A stretch of DNA of 64,000 nt from contig NW_021836131.1 of the NCBI RefSeq assembly GCF_006345805.1, positions 186,001 to 250,000 on the forward strand. Reading direction: 5' to 3'. The stretch is from Octopus sinensis. Its lineage: Eukaryota. The notes beneath the pieces are model-generated. The model was not told where the DNA came from. It was given only the letters and a program-made list of their open reading frames with translations, and ran no database searches. Numbering within the stretch: position 1 is the stretch's first letter; each line of letters opens with the position of its first letter. Position numbers and translations under genes: made by a program. Positions 35,113-47,793 of this stretch are shown piece by piece.

Positions 35113-36852
35113 CTTTTCTACCTCTGCAGGTACGTCCCAGTGACAATTGAGTTGGATTTATAACCACTTATAGCTTTTTCGACAGTTTCACCGACCATGG
35201 AGGATTTACTTTCAAGCCACAGGGGGATTGGATCTTCAACTTTTTGGTGGTAAGCAAGCTTCAAAGCGAGCCTGCGAGACTTTTCAAATTTAGTTAAGAT
35301 GGTGTCCTTCTTTTTAGAGAAGTACCATCCCTCTTTTCCGTATAGTAGTCCCGGTAGGATCACCGTATTGAAAACGTAGAGGAAAGTATCAGGCTCCAAA
35401 TTTAACTTCCTCAGGCAGAACAGAGCATTAGTTGCTTTCCTTTTACTTAATTTTGCGTTTTCGAGATAGTTTCCCTTTCATCGATGAACAAGCCAAGATA
35501 TTTAATTGAGTTTTGTCGAGGTATGTTCTTGATCAGGCACGGTAAATTTATTAAATTTCTGCTTTCTGTGATTCTCAGTAATGCGGACTTCTCACGCGCA
35601 ATAATGAACATATTTTCATCGCACCATTGCTCCACTGTATTCATATATGATATAATCCTTTGTTCGGATAAGGCAGGTTTCGATGAAATGTCAAGGATTA
35701 CAACATCATCGGCGTATATCAAAATTTCCGTCCGTGTGTTGACAGGAGACGGCAGATTGCTCATCACAATGTTGAATAATAGAGGACTGAGGACTGATCC
35801 TTGAGGGACGCCTCTTTTAAGTTTCAGTTCATCCGAGTCATAGTTCAGAAAGCTTATCACAGAGCGCCTGTCGCGGAGGAAGTCTTTTAGCCATAGGAAT
35901 AGTCCTTTGTCTATGTGACACTTCGCCAGATGTCTAAGGAGACCGAGGTGCCAAACCATATCAAAGGCTTTTGAGATGTCTAGAGACACAATTGTCAGAC
36001 ACTCTTTGAAATCCAGAGCCTTTACAATCGACGAATTGAGTGTATAAAGACAGTCAGCACAGGAACGACCCCTCCGAAAGCCCCACTGCACGTCTTTGAG
36101 ATAACCATTTCTCTCGACGTGTTCAGAGAGTCGTTCAAACATTACCCTTTCCATTATTCGACTGATGGTAGGAATTAGGCTTATAGGCCTATAACTTGTC
36201 GCCAAGTAACCAGGTTTTCCAGGCTTCCGTATCATCCTTACCTCCGTCAGTTTCCATGAAGAAGGGACGTATCCCAAGCTCACACTGCGGGAGAAGAGAC
36301 ATCCCAAATATTCGTAAAGTTGCTTGGGAGCTTCTTTGAACATGCGCATGGTTATCTTGTCCTTTCCCGGAGCGTTATTTTTGGAGTATCTAACTGCATT
36401 TTCCACGTCTTTGCACGTTATAGATTCCGAGCACATTGGTAATGAGCTAAGATTGTCTTCCAACTCTTTTTCCATATCAAACAAAGCTGAATCAGATAGA
36501 TTTGTATCCGGATTGACTTCTTGTATTCTTTTGAGACTATCAGCAAATATGTTCGGGATTTCTTCATGAGATGCAGGGGATCCATCTTGTTTTAGCAGTT
36601 TAGGTATAGTTTTCTCAGACCCCTCTCACAACCTAAACCAAATTAGCGTTCAGTATTCATTGATTTTACTTTTTCTATTAAGATCTACTTATAAATTATT
36701 TTATGGGATTCAATTGAAAACTTAAGTTATTTCAATTTTAATTTTAAATCATGTTAAAATTTTAAATAATTTAATAAATATATTTGTTGATGACAGGCTT
36801 GTTAGGTGTCAAAGTCGCGTCTAGCGCTCGGTCGCGCGCTCGGCTCGCGACA
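34851..36852. mobile_element. Non-autonomous TGT..ACA (Ginger-like) TIR element carrying a LINE
   Basis: TGTCGCGAGCCGAGCG... / ...CGCTCGGCTCGCGACA; TATTG duplicated at 34846-34850 and 36853-36857. Confidence 0.85.
34945..36620 (-). mobile_element. 5'-truncated Jockey/I-group LINE (RT domains), one frameshift region
   Basis: APGKDKI, YRPISLIPTISR, QWGFRRGRSC, SLDISKAFDMVWH, GVPQGSVLSPLLFN, YADD, IKYLG; 39-nt T run at 35074-35112; (GGAA)n tail near 34945-34960. Confidence 0.92.
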
Positions 36853-37350
36853 TATTGATAGACATAATTTGATATTGAGATTTTAACGATGAATATAATT
36901 AGATATTGACGATTATTAATATATACAGAAAAATTTTTAATTTGCAATTTGTAATACTTAAAAAAACGAACTACCTGTAAGACATGGGTACCTAAATGCC
37001 TAATTTTTCCTTGTGCCAGCAAAATAATTTTTAAGATCAAAAGGGAACAAGAAAGTTAATTATCTTGAAAGTAACAAAACTCTTCCATTATCAAGGAAAG
37101 TTAATTATTTTTTAATTAATTTGAGGTAAAAAGTCCTTTAGTTACTCCTGTCATATAGTTTCTTTTTATTGTAGTTTAGTCGAATAAACGCTAGGAAGGT
37201 TGACCTCCAATTTGGAGAATCCATGCGATAAGATCTCCATAACGGCATTGCTCCTCAAACCCGAGACCCTCTTCGAAAAGTCTAGACGTATTTGTAGAAT
37301 TAACAGCGATTCATGAAATGCTAGGTTTTTATCTCATTTATAGTTTAGAT

Positions 37351-38280
37351 CAGTGTTTCCTAACCTGGGTTCGGCGAAGTTCAAAATATTGTGAATTTAT
37401 TTCTTTTTTTCAATTAACTCGTGAATTTTAATTTGTGCGTGTCTAAATGGAGTCTTGTGACAAAGCATATCTTAAAGTTAGATCGTATTGAGATAGTTAT
37501 ATTGCCTTTAGTTTCACATGGACTGGAGAGTTGGATTGCCTATACCACTTTGTGTTGTTGCGGTGAAAAACTAGTTCCAATAAAACTTAAACGTCATCTT
37601 TCCATCAAGCATCCTGAACTTTCTATGAAAAAAAGAATATTTTATAAGGAAATTAGACCAGAATAAATTTCAAGCATCTAATTTTTCCAAAAGATTCAAA
37701 ATAACCGAAAAAGTACAGCATCATAGCTATGCTGTGGTGAGATTGGTGGCAAAAATATTAAATCACACACTTTTTGGAAACTTTTTTTCCTACATGCAAA
37801 GAAGTACTGAAAATAATGCTTTGAGAAATTGCTGCCGCTGAGCTCGATTTAATTCTTATTTCAAATACTTCTGTGAGCATAAGGATCAAGGGTATATCTG
37901 ATGACATCGAAACCAGTTTGTTTTTGCTAATAAAAAAATCTTAATTGTTTGCTTCTTAAGTACATGAAAGCTCAGATATTACAGGAAGAATGGAACCTCT
38001 TGTTTTCGTTTTGTATATAAGACAAGTTGGATAACTTTATTGAATTCCTTAATGATGAATGTTGGTGTTGCAAGATTGCCGATATTTTTAATGAACTCAA
38101 TGTTCTCAATAGCAGAATCAATAGAAGAAACGAAAATTTGTTGGGTTGTACGGACAGCATAGCCGTTTTTATTTAACAAATTAAAATATGGAAAAAAGAT
38201 ATCACGAATGGAAACATGGAAATGTTTCCTCGTGTACAAGTAAGGAATTGTAAAGAAATTATTCCACTAATTATTGATTA
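37351..38280 (+). mobile_element. hAT (Buster/ZBED-type) remnant, one end
   Basis: CAGTGTTTCCTAACCT end with nnnTAnnn flank; CGEKLVPIKLKRHLSIKHPEL (BED finger); IADIFNELNVLN. Confidence 0.65.
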
Positions 38281-38284
38281 TTTG

Positions 38285-38480
38285 AGTCATTAAACCGACA
38301 ATTGGTTACGGATTTACAGTATGGGGAAGCAATCTAGCATATACAAATGTCAAAAAAATCGACAATATTCAAAATGGAGATTGTAAACCTCCTAGCGAAT
38401 GTCATGGGAAAAAATTCAACCAAAGGGACTAGAAGAAATCGTGAAAAAGTCCATGTTCTGGATCCCCGACCTCTTAGACA
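38285..38480 (+). mobile_element. Jockey/I-group post-RT scrap
   Basis: VIKPTIGYGFTVWGSNLAYTNVKKIDNIQ. Confidence 0.6.
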
Positions 38481-38659
38481 ATACGCTATTATTATTATTA
38501 AAGCAATCTCGCGGAATCAAAAAGTTAATTAAGATTGCACTTTTGCCATCCGACTCAGGATACGCTCTGTTAGTCGTATCCACGCTCCCCTGTTACGTGC
38601 GAGGTATCTCAGTTCGTCCAGATCATCGGCCGATTTCAGTTTCCTTCCAATCAACGTGA

Positions 38660-39390
38660 TGCTTTACCAACGTGATGGAAGTAATTTACGCCGACGATAT
38701 TGATTTCGTCTCCCGAGATCAGGACTCACTGGAAAACTTATTAAAAGTGATCCCTCATTCGTTGAAGGACTGGTCCCTTGTAATAAACCCGGACAAAACG
38801 GAAAGAACTACCATATCCCGCCTGGGAACGAGAAACGAGGAGAAGTGGAGAACATGCAAGAAAGTTGGATCTCTCCTTGGGGACTCGGAGGACGTTATTC
38901 GAAGAAAAGTGCTGGCTGTTGCAGCCTTCAAAAAAATGTGGACGATCTGGATGAGGCGCAAGTACATAGGAACCCGCCTTCGAATTCGGCTGTACAACTC
39001 CTTTGTCGAACCAATCTTGCTTTACAACGCGGGGACCTGGGGCCTAACCGCTAAAGAACTGGAGCAGCTCAACTCTTTCCACAGAAAACAACTACGACTA
39101 CTCCTGGGAATTCACTGGCCAAAAAAGATGACCAATAATGAACTCTACAGAATCACCCATACATCCGAGATTGCAAAGAAAGTGACGTCCACGAAGTGGA
39201 TGCTCTTTGGACATGTCCTAAGAGCCTCGGAAATGACGCCGGCCAATCAGAACATGGAATCCTACTTCTGCTCATTAAATAAAACGGCATATAGGGGCCG
39301 ACAAAGAACAACATTACCGACAATACGCTATAGAACACAGAGAAAAGATGCAAAGGTTTCTAAAAGAGACTGGGATCACCTGAAATAGTT
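38660..39390 (+). mobile_element. RTE-clade RT C-terminal fragment
   Basis: IYADDIDF, LVINPDKTE, KKVGSLLGD, RIRLYNSFVEPILLYNAGTWG, KWMLFGHVLR, GRQRTTLP. Confidence 0.9.
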
Positions 39391-39639
39391 AATTATGGTT
39401 ATGACAGTGTTTTTGGTCCTGACAGTGTTTTTGTTCCTAATAAATAAATAAAATAAATCAATCAAAATTACAAAAACTTTGCTATTAAGAGTAACAATTT
39501 TCTTTAATTTGAGATTTGGGAATTTTTTTTGCTTAAAATTTTTAATTCTAATTTTGTTTTTCAATATTATTTCTTCAACTGTAAAGAGTCCTATTGTAAC
39601 TAAATTTGAAAAAGTTATAAAATAAATTCAATTTTATTT

Positions 39640-40290
39640 TTGATATATTTTACATGTTTATTAAAGTCTTTCGCTACCAACGGCAACATCTGAATATCAA
39701 GATCAAAATTTTGGTAAAAAGTGTAATAAAAAAGAATGTCTAACGCAGATGCTCGCCATGTTAAGTTTTTTTTGTAAGTAGCTTTATCATTAAGGTATAC
39801 GTGTGAACATTCGTGGCATTTATAAGTTTAAATTTGATTAAAATTAAATTTACCGTAAAATAAATTAAAATTACATGGTTTCAATTTTTTTAAATCTTTA
39901 ATGTTTCTCCGGAATTCACAAGAAATTCTTTATTTTTGCCTCCAATGGTGACAGAATTAAATTTAGTATCGAGGCATTTAATTCCACAAATTCCTAATTG
40001 ATAAATAGATCTTATCAACTTGATCCATAATTTGTCGAATTTTTAACATCGATAGACGTTTGTTCTTCTCCATGTAGGAGGTTTTTCACTTACATAAATT
40101 TAGTGCATCTGCGCATGAAGTATTGATATAATAGTTCACCTAAAAATTTACAAAAATAATGGCGAGCAAGACAATATTTGTCCTAGAACAGAATGTCCTT
40201 AAAAATTGATTGTTGACCAAAAGTGTAGCGAGCACCAGAAGTTTTACAAAGTTCTAATTTTTATTTTTGCTACTTAAACACTTTCAGATA
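39640..40290 (-). CDS. Possible uncharacterised multi-exon gene with CxxC motifs
   Basis: Coding-like blocks LLHGEEQTSIDVKNSTNYGS|RICGIKCLDTKF and KCHECSHVYLNDKATYKKNLTWRASALDILFYYTFYQNF separated by short GT-AG segments. Full model not resolved. Confidence 0.3.
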
Positions 40291-40341
40291 ATTTTTGAAC
40301 GAATATGAAAAAATAAAAATATTAAAACAAAATCAATAGCG

Positions 40342-41207
40342 TTATTTGGTAACTGCATTTAATATATAAAAGAATACCCCATAAATGCTTAGTTTCATTT
40401 ATGATTGAATCAATGAATATTTCATTATCAAGTCTTGATTTTTGAGTAAGCATATTTTCAGAAGAGTAGGAGTTTATAGCAGCTTTAATTCCAATATTTT
40501 TTCTGTGATCAAGCGACTGGTATCCTATTGAAGGTAATGCGGGCATAGCTTGTATTTATTATAGATATATAATACATTTATTAATTAGAAAATCACTTGG
40601 ATGGGATGATAATGTATTATCAAATCCAATGGACGGAGAGGATGGGCTAATTTATTATGGTTTCAAATTATACTTTTCAAATGATTGTTTTCCTTGAATA
40701 CAAATAATTTCAAAATTAATTTTTATTAAACAATTTGAAATGGATTCTTTTTGAGAGTAGGGCTGTAGTAGAATTTTTTTCGCAAAGCTTCCCATACTTG
40801 CATATTTAGCCAAATTTAAGTCAATGTATCCAAGACGTAAGCATTTTTTCCCACCTTTTAATTCCTTAGAGGTCACATATGTTTGTAATCAATATTGTAC
40901 GCACTTTAAGCAAGTGTAAACCTTTCGAACAGAAATACGTAAGAATGTATCCTTGAGGACAAATGTTTTATTGTGAAATTTGATATGTACTTCAAAAGAA
41001 AAGTTTTCATCAAAATCGACTGTGTTGCAACTAACTCCGTTTCTAATCTATAATTAGTTTGATTACTTATCACCTTTTTGAAAACCATAATGCTTTTTTA
41101 CTGCTTAGCATACGAACTTTGCAGAAAATATTTCCACTAATAAATGGTACATTTGTCAAATTAATAATAGAAATCTGAACCAAAAATTGAGATTTATTCT
41201 TGGTCAT
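40342..41207 (-). CDS. FAM102/EEIG1 family NT-C2 domain protein
   Basis: LTNVPFISGNIFCKVRML...|NGVSCNTVDFDENFSF...LRISVRK|ELKGGKKCLRLGYIDLNLAKYA...LLQPY, and C-terminal SRLDNEIFIDSII. Confidence 0.88.
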
Positions 41208-41499
41208 TTTGTACGAGTATTCTTTAGCTAGAGACAAGTTAGTTTATCAAAATTCACAAAACACTATGGTAATTAAATTATAAATATTTTATTCGCTTAG
41301 ATAATTTTATATTAAAAAATGTGTTTTGAATAGCAATTATTTATATTCAAAATGTTTAATATTAAAAAATTAATTATTTTAAGACGTATGTTTAAAATTA
41401 AATTAGTTATTTAACAAATAAAAAATAATTTTTTATCGCCAATTATCTTTTTATTCTCAAACATATTTTTCTGCCTGAATCTTTTTTTTGTTTCGTTAC

Positions 41500-42110
41500 C
41501 CCTGAGAACATGTCCAAAATCGATTTCCAAATTTCCCTAGGGCCCAGCTCTGTCTCTAGCATTCAATTCTACTCCGATGGCCGGTTACGGGCTAAACTAC
41601 CTTGCTGGTTCTGAGAATTGGGATCCGGTTTTGTAAAACCTTAATTCTCTCGTCTTTCCTTGCCTCTTCCTCTAGTCCCACGATCTTATCAATCCTGTTC
41701 TTTTCCTTTTTCTCGAAGTTTTGAGTTCTCAGATTCCGAGGCCGCTCTTGGGATCCGGTCAGATTAAACTTGAAAATTCAAAAGAAATAATATTTCCAAA
41801 AGGAATAGGATACAATTTACTGTAAATATGTCCGAAAGATGTTCATTTTCGTTCTACCAACAAGATCGGATTGTTTAACTCTACCTCCTTCCACGGGTTT
41901 GCATCCTAAAGCTCTAAAACTAAATATCACTCGGTCATTAGCAAAAACTTCTTTTCGACTTTCCTCGCTGTTGAGACTAGCGACATTCGATTGAAGTCTC
42001 GCGTTCTCTCATCTCCAAAAGAATTTGTTACCCCAGAGAGAGTAACTGGCTGTCCCAACGAGTCTCCTTATTTATTATTTGCGAAAATTTCTTGACAATT
42101 CGATCTGCGT
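41500..42110 (-). mobile_element. Unclassified degenerate retroelement-like island
   Basis: GC-enriched relative to flanks with broken coding-like frames; no diagnostic motif securely recognised. Confidence 0.25.
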
Positions 42111-42340
42111 AAAAATACTCTTCTCTCTTGGTTTACTTTAAACTAATAAAAAACGTTTTCTTTAAAAATTAACTTATATTTCAATAAGCCAAATATTCCA
42201 TTTAATTTGTATTTTATAATTATATGGATCTGGCCTTATAGAATTAGTATTTGTCGAAAATGATCTTTTGTCCCTTTTAATCAGACAAGTTTGATAGTCA
42301 AAAATGGCTTAAGGATAATTAGAAATAACGGCATATTTTA

Positions 42341-42785
42341 TTAAAGAAACTTCTTTGATAACATATTATCAGGCTGATGGCGTGGGTTCGTTTGCCGATC
42401 GGAGCAAAAATAATCTCGCTTGCTAAGATCAGTACTGTTACTCATGTTCAAATTTGTTTCATCTTTATGTCTCAGAACCAACTCATTTCCAAACAGTTTT
42501 GTCCCATATAACGTGTTAATTGCATAGTCAACTGATTCTTCGTGTTCAAATAAAATAAAACAAAAGTCGCGTTTCCCTCCAAATTTATTGTTTGGAAATA
42601 CAACGGTCTCAACTGGTCCTACCTATCATTAAATTTTTTCCAATGTATTCAAAAATAATTATTTAAAAAATTATTAACCAACTTACTTGTAAAAAAAGTT
42701 CATGCAATAATTTTTCCGTTACGTCACTAGAGAGATTTCCACAATACAGCGTACGATTAAAATTGCTATATTCAATAAGACGCAT
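42341..42785 (-). CDS. RBM7: RNA-binding protein RBM7/RBM11-like (single RRM)
   Basis: NRTLYCGNLSSDVTEKLLHELFLQ|VGPVETV.FP...KRDFCFILFEHEESVDYAINTLYGTKLFG. Confidence 0.85.
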
Positions 42786-42993
42786 CACAAAACCAATGAA
42801 TAAATAAATTATTAAATATTTTGTTTATATGAAATTTTTTATATTTTTTATTTTCAATATTCATAAATTACATTATAAAGTGAAATGTTGTTTTTATATA
42901 AATCTGGATATTGAACTCAAAGAATCTAAACCATGTAAACTGCAAAATGTTGACGCACAAAGATGCTGTTATTCATTCATAATTTATAGTATA

Positions 42994-43992
42994 CAGTGAA
43001 CCCTTGCAAATTGGCAATTTGTGCTACATACAAATTTTATGGCCAATTTGAAAAAATCAATACTTAGAAAAATAAAATAAACAGTTTAAATTTTATTAAA
43101 AAATTCAATCCCTAATTCCTTTTTATTTGCTCTTTTTAATTTTGCTTTGTAATTTCTTATTCCAGTAATGAGCGAAACATAATTCTCATTTTCTGCATTA
43201 CAGTAAAGTTCCCTTTCTATTTCAGTTAATCTTCTTGCAATATCTTTTCTATCGAGTGGATCAGGCTTATAGGATTTGGGAATTTCTTTGAATTCTTCAC
43301 GAAAGGAATTAATGTCAACTTCTCCATCAGTTCGCACCTCTCCATGTAATTTTAGCATTCTAAAAACGTGTCTCTTTTTGAATTTTGCCAAAAATCCATT
43401 AAAATTTTTAAAGTTACTAAGTTGTAACTCTTCGGCAAAATACGCAGCCTTAAACGATATTAAGGAATCATTCAAAAAACCACCTAGAAATTAGTTTTCA
43501 ATTATTACCTTTAGATTCTATTGTATCCATCCATTCGATCAATTTTTTTTCAAGCGTAAGAAATTTTGGTTTGTGAACAGCTTTAAACGAATTTTGATAA
43601 ATTTTCTAATCCAGGAAAATAGAATTTTTATTAAGCAGTAGATTATTGATGGTCTTTCTCGAGATCGTCTTGCGGAATAAATGTGAGAATGTGTCAGCCA
43701 TAAGCTGAAACGAAACACTGTCATTTTCTTCCTTATAGTTTATAATTTGTGTTTTTTCAAGAAAAGTGAACCGAATATAACGTCGAGGAGAAATTTTATA
43801 AGACATATGATTAAAAAATAATTTATTTTCTGTTTTTTTTCTAAATAAAAAAAATTAATTCAAAAATTGTGGCCAATTTGAGAATTTGCCAATTTACTAA
43901 GAAAATTAATTTTTTTCTTGGTAAATTGTGAAAAAATGACCAATTCAAAAATTGGCTAATTTGCGAGGTCGCCAATTTGCGAGGGTTCACTG
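42994..43992 (-). mobile_element. pogo/Tigger element, internally deleted
   Basis: TA-CAGTGAACCCTTGCAAATTGGC / GCCAATTTGCGAGGGTTCACTG-TA; CENP-B-type HTH pieces (FTFLEKTQII; EWMDTIESK|GGFLNDSLI...NGFLAKFKKRH...LHGE); 25-nt intron at 43484-43508. Confidence 0.9.
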
Positions 43993-44509
43993 TATTTTAA
44001 AACTTCTAGGTCCTAGAAGTAAATAATGAAAAATTTTGTCAAGAAAAATATCCTAGTATAGAGAAAAAGTGATATTTATTTCATTCATTGATTCAATGAC
44101 GTAAACCTAGATATACACTTGTAGTTTTTCAATCCAACAACACTGTGCAAGAACTGAAAGCGTATATGAAAATCTGCAGTGCTAATAAGTCCAATCACGA
44201 AAGAACTGTGTGCTACCAAAATAAATCCTCTCGAAGTAGGATTGCATATAACAGTAAATTAATGAGTAAATTTTTATAACATTGTGCCGTAATTTAATAA
44301 TAGTTAAGTTTTAGAGTGGAAAAAATCAAAAAGAAAATAACGTTAAGTTAGTAAAGGAAAATTATAACACGTAGATAATAGTTATATGTAAAATCGAATA
44401 CTAAATTTATAATATTAGTATTAATACTTTTCCATTTTGTTTGACATTACGAGGAAATAATTTTTAATTCTTACAATAAGAATAATACAGATGAAAATGA
44501 TTGTAGCCA

Positions 44510-47500
44510 AAAATATTAAAACATATAGATTAGTTGTAGTTGTGCTCTTAGTGGTGGGGAACAAATTATTAAAACATATAAATCACTTGTAGTTGAGCTC
44601 TTAGTCGTGGGGACTAAAATATTAAAACATATAAATCACTTGTACTTGTGCTCTTAGTCGTGGGGACTAAAATATTAAAACATATAAATCACTTGTACTT
44701 GTGCTCTTAGTCGTGGGAACTAAAATATTAAAACATATAAATCACTTGTAGTTGAGCTCTTAGTCGTGGGGACTAAAATATTAAAACATATAAATCACTT
44801 GTACTTGTGCTCTTAGTCGTGGGGACTAAAATATTAAAACATATAAATCACTTGTAGTTGAGCTCTTAGTCGTGGGGACTAAAATATTAAAACATATAAA
44901 TCACTTGTAGTTGAGCTCTTAGTCGTGGGGACTAAAATATTAAAACATATAAATCACTTGTACTTGTGCTCTTAGTCGTGGGGACTAAAATATTAAAACA
45001 TATAAATCACTTGTACTTGTGCTCTTAGTCGTGGGAACTAAAATATTAAAACATATAAATCACTTGTACTTGTGCTCTTAGTCGTGGGACTAAAATATTA
45101 AAACATATAAATCACTTGTAGTTGAGTTCTTAGTCGTGGGGACTAAAATATTAAAACATATAAATCACTTGTAGTTGAGCTCTTAGTCGTGGGGACTAAA
45201 ATATTAAAACATATAAATCACTTGTACTTGTGCTCTTAGTCGTGGAACTAAAATATTAAAACATATAAATCACTTGTACAAGTGCTCTTAGTCGTGGGAA
45301 CTAAAATATTAAAACATATAAATCACTTGTAGTTGAGCTCTTAGTCGTGGGGACTAAAATATTAAAACATATAAATCACTTGTAGTTGAGCTCTTAGTCG
45401 TGGGGACTAAAATATTAAAACATATAAATCACTTGTACTTGTGCTCTTAGTCGTGGGGACTAAAATATTAAAACATATAAATCACTTGTACTTGTGCTCT
45501 TAGTCGTGGGAACTAAAATATTAAAACATATAAATCACTTGTACTTGTGCTCTTAGTCGTGGGAACTAAAATATTAAAACATATAAATCATTTGTAGTTG
45601 AGTTCTTAGTCGTGGGAACTAAAATATTAAAACATATAAATCACTTGTAGTTGAGCTCTTAGTCGTGGGGACTAAAATATTAAAACATATAAATCACTTG
45701 TACTTGTGCTCTTAGTCGTGGGAACTAAAATATTAAAACATATAAATCACTTGTACTTGTGCTCTTAGTCGTGGGAACTAAAATATTAAAACATATAAAT
45801 CACTTGTAGTTGAGTTCTTAGTCGTGGGGACTAAAATATTAAAACATATAAATCACTTGTAGTTGAGCTCTTAGTCGTGGGGACTAAAATATTAAAACAT
45901 ATAAATCACTTGTACTTGTGCTCTTAGTCGTGGGAACTAAAATATTAAAACATATAAATCACTTGTACTTGTGCTCTTAGTCGTGGGAACTAAAATATTA
46001 AAACATATAAATCACTTGTAGTTGAGTTCTTAGTCGTGGGGACTAAAATATTAAAACATATAAATCACTTGTAGTTGAGCTCTTAGTCGTGGGGACTAAA
46101 ATATTAAAACATATAAATCACTTGTACTTGTGCTCTTAGTCGTGGGAACTAAAATATTAAAACATATAAATCACTTGTAGTTGAGCTCTTAGTCGTGGGG
46201 ACTAAAATATTAAAACATATAAATCACTTGTAGTTGAGCTCTTAGTCGTGGGGACTAAAATATTAAAACATATAAATCACTTGTACTTGTGCTCTTAGTC
46301 GTGGGGACTAAAATATTAAAACATATAAATCACTAGTAGTTGAGCTTTTAGTCGTGGGGACTAAAATATTAAAACATATAAATCACTTGTAGTTGAGCTC
46401 TTAGTCGTGGGGACTAAAATATTAAAACATATAAATCACTTGTAGTTGAGTTCTTAGTCGTGGGGACTAAAATATTAAAACATATAAATCACTTGTACTT
46501 GTGCTCTTAGTCGTGGGAACTAAAATATTAAAACATATAAATCACTTGTACTTGTGCTCTTAGTCGTGGGAACTAAAATATTAAAACATATAAATCACTT
46601 GTACTTGTGCTCTTAGTCGTGGGAACTAAAATATTAAAACATATAAATCACTTGTACTTGTGATCTTAGTCGTGGGAACTAAAATATTAAAACATATAAA
46701 TCACTTGTACTTGTGCTCTTAGTCGTGGGAACTAAAATATTAAAACATATAAATCACTTGTACTTGTGATCTTAGTCGTGGGAACTAAAATATTAAAACA
46801 TATAAATCACTTGTACTTGTGCTCTTAGTCGTGGGAACTAAAATATTAAAACATATAAATCACTTGTAGTTGAGTTCTTAGTCGTAAGGACTAAAATATT
46901 AAAACATATAAATCACTTGTACTTGTGCTCTTAGTCGTGGGAACTAAAATATTAAAACATATAAATCACTTGTACTTGTGCTCTTAGTCGTGGGAACTAA
47001 AATATTAAAACATATAAATCACTTGTACTTGTGCTCTTAGTCGTGGGAACTAAAATATTAAAACATATAAATCACTTGTAGTTGAGTTCTTAGTCGTGGG
47101 GACTAAAATATTAAAACATATAAATCACTTGTAGTTGAGCTCTTAGTCGTGGGGACTAAAATATTAAAACATATAAATCACTTGTAGTTGAGCTCTTAGT
47201 CGTGGGGACTAAAATATTAAAACATATAAATCACTTGTAGTTGAGCTCTTAGTCGTGGGGACTAAAATATTAAAACATATAAATCACTTGTACTTGTGCT
47301 CTTAGTCGTGGGAACTAAAATATTAAAACATATAAATCACTTGTAGTTGAGTTCTTAGTCGTAGGGACTAAAATATTAAAACATATAAATCACTTGTACT
47401 TGTGCTCTTAGTCGTGGGAACTAAAATATTAAAACATATAAATCACTTGTACCTGTGTTCTTAGTCGTGGGAACTAAAATATTAAAACATATAAATCACT

Positions 47501-47793
47501 TGTAGTTGAGTTCTTAGTCGTGGGGACTAAAATATTAAAACATATAAATCACTTGTAGTTGAGCTCTTAGTCGTGGGGACTAAAATATTAAAACATATAA
47601 ATCACTTGTACTTGTGCTCTTAGTCGTGGGAACTAAAATATTAAAACATATAAATCACTTGTAGTTGAGCTCTTAGTCGTGGGGACTAAAATATTAAAAC
47701 ATATAAATCACTTGTAGTTGAGCTCTTAGTCGTGGGGACTAAAATATTAAAACATATAAATCACTAGTAGTTGAGCTTTTAGTCGTGGGGACT
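44510..47793. repeat. 53-bp satellite array, about 62 units, two main monomer types
   Basis: Consensus aaaatattaaaacatataaatcacttgta(g/c)ttg(a/t)gctcttagtcgtggg(g/a)act; period 53 (e.g. tcact at 44583 and 44636). Confidence 0.98.

Noticed and set aside
44510-47793. CRISPR array
   Set aside because: No unique spacers; whole 53-bp units repeat with only point variants; eukaryotic context and no cas genes.
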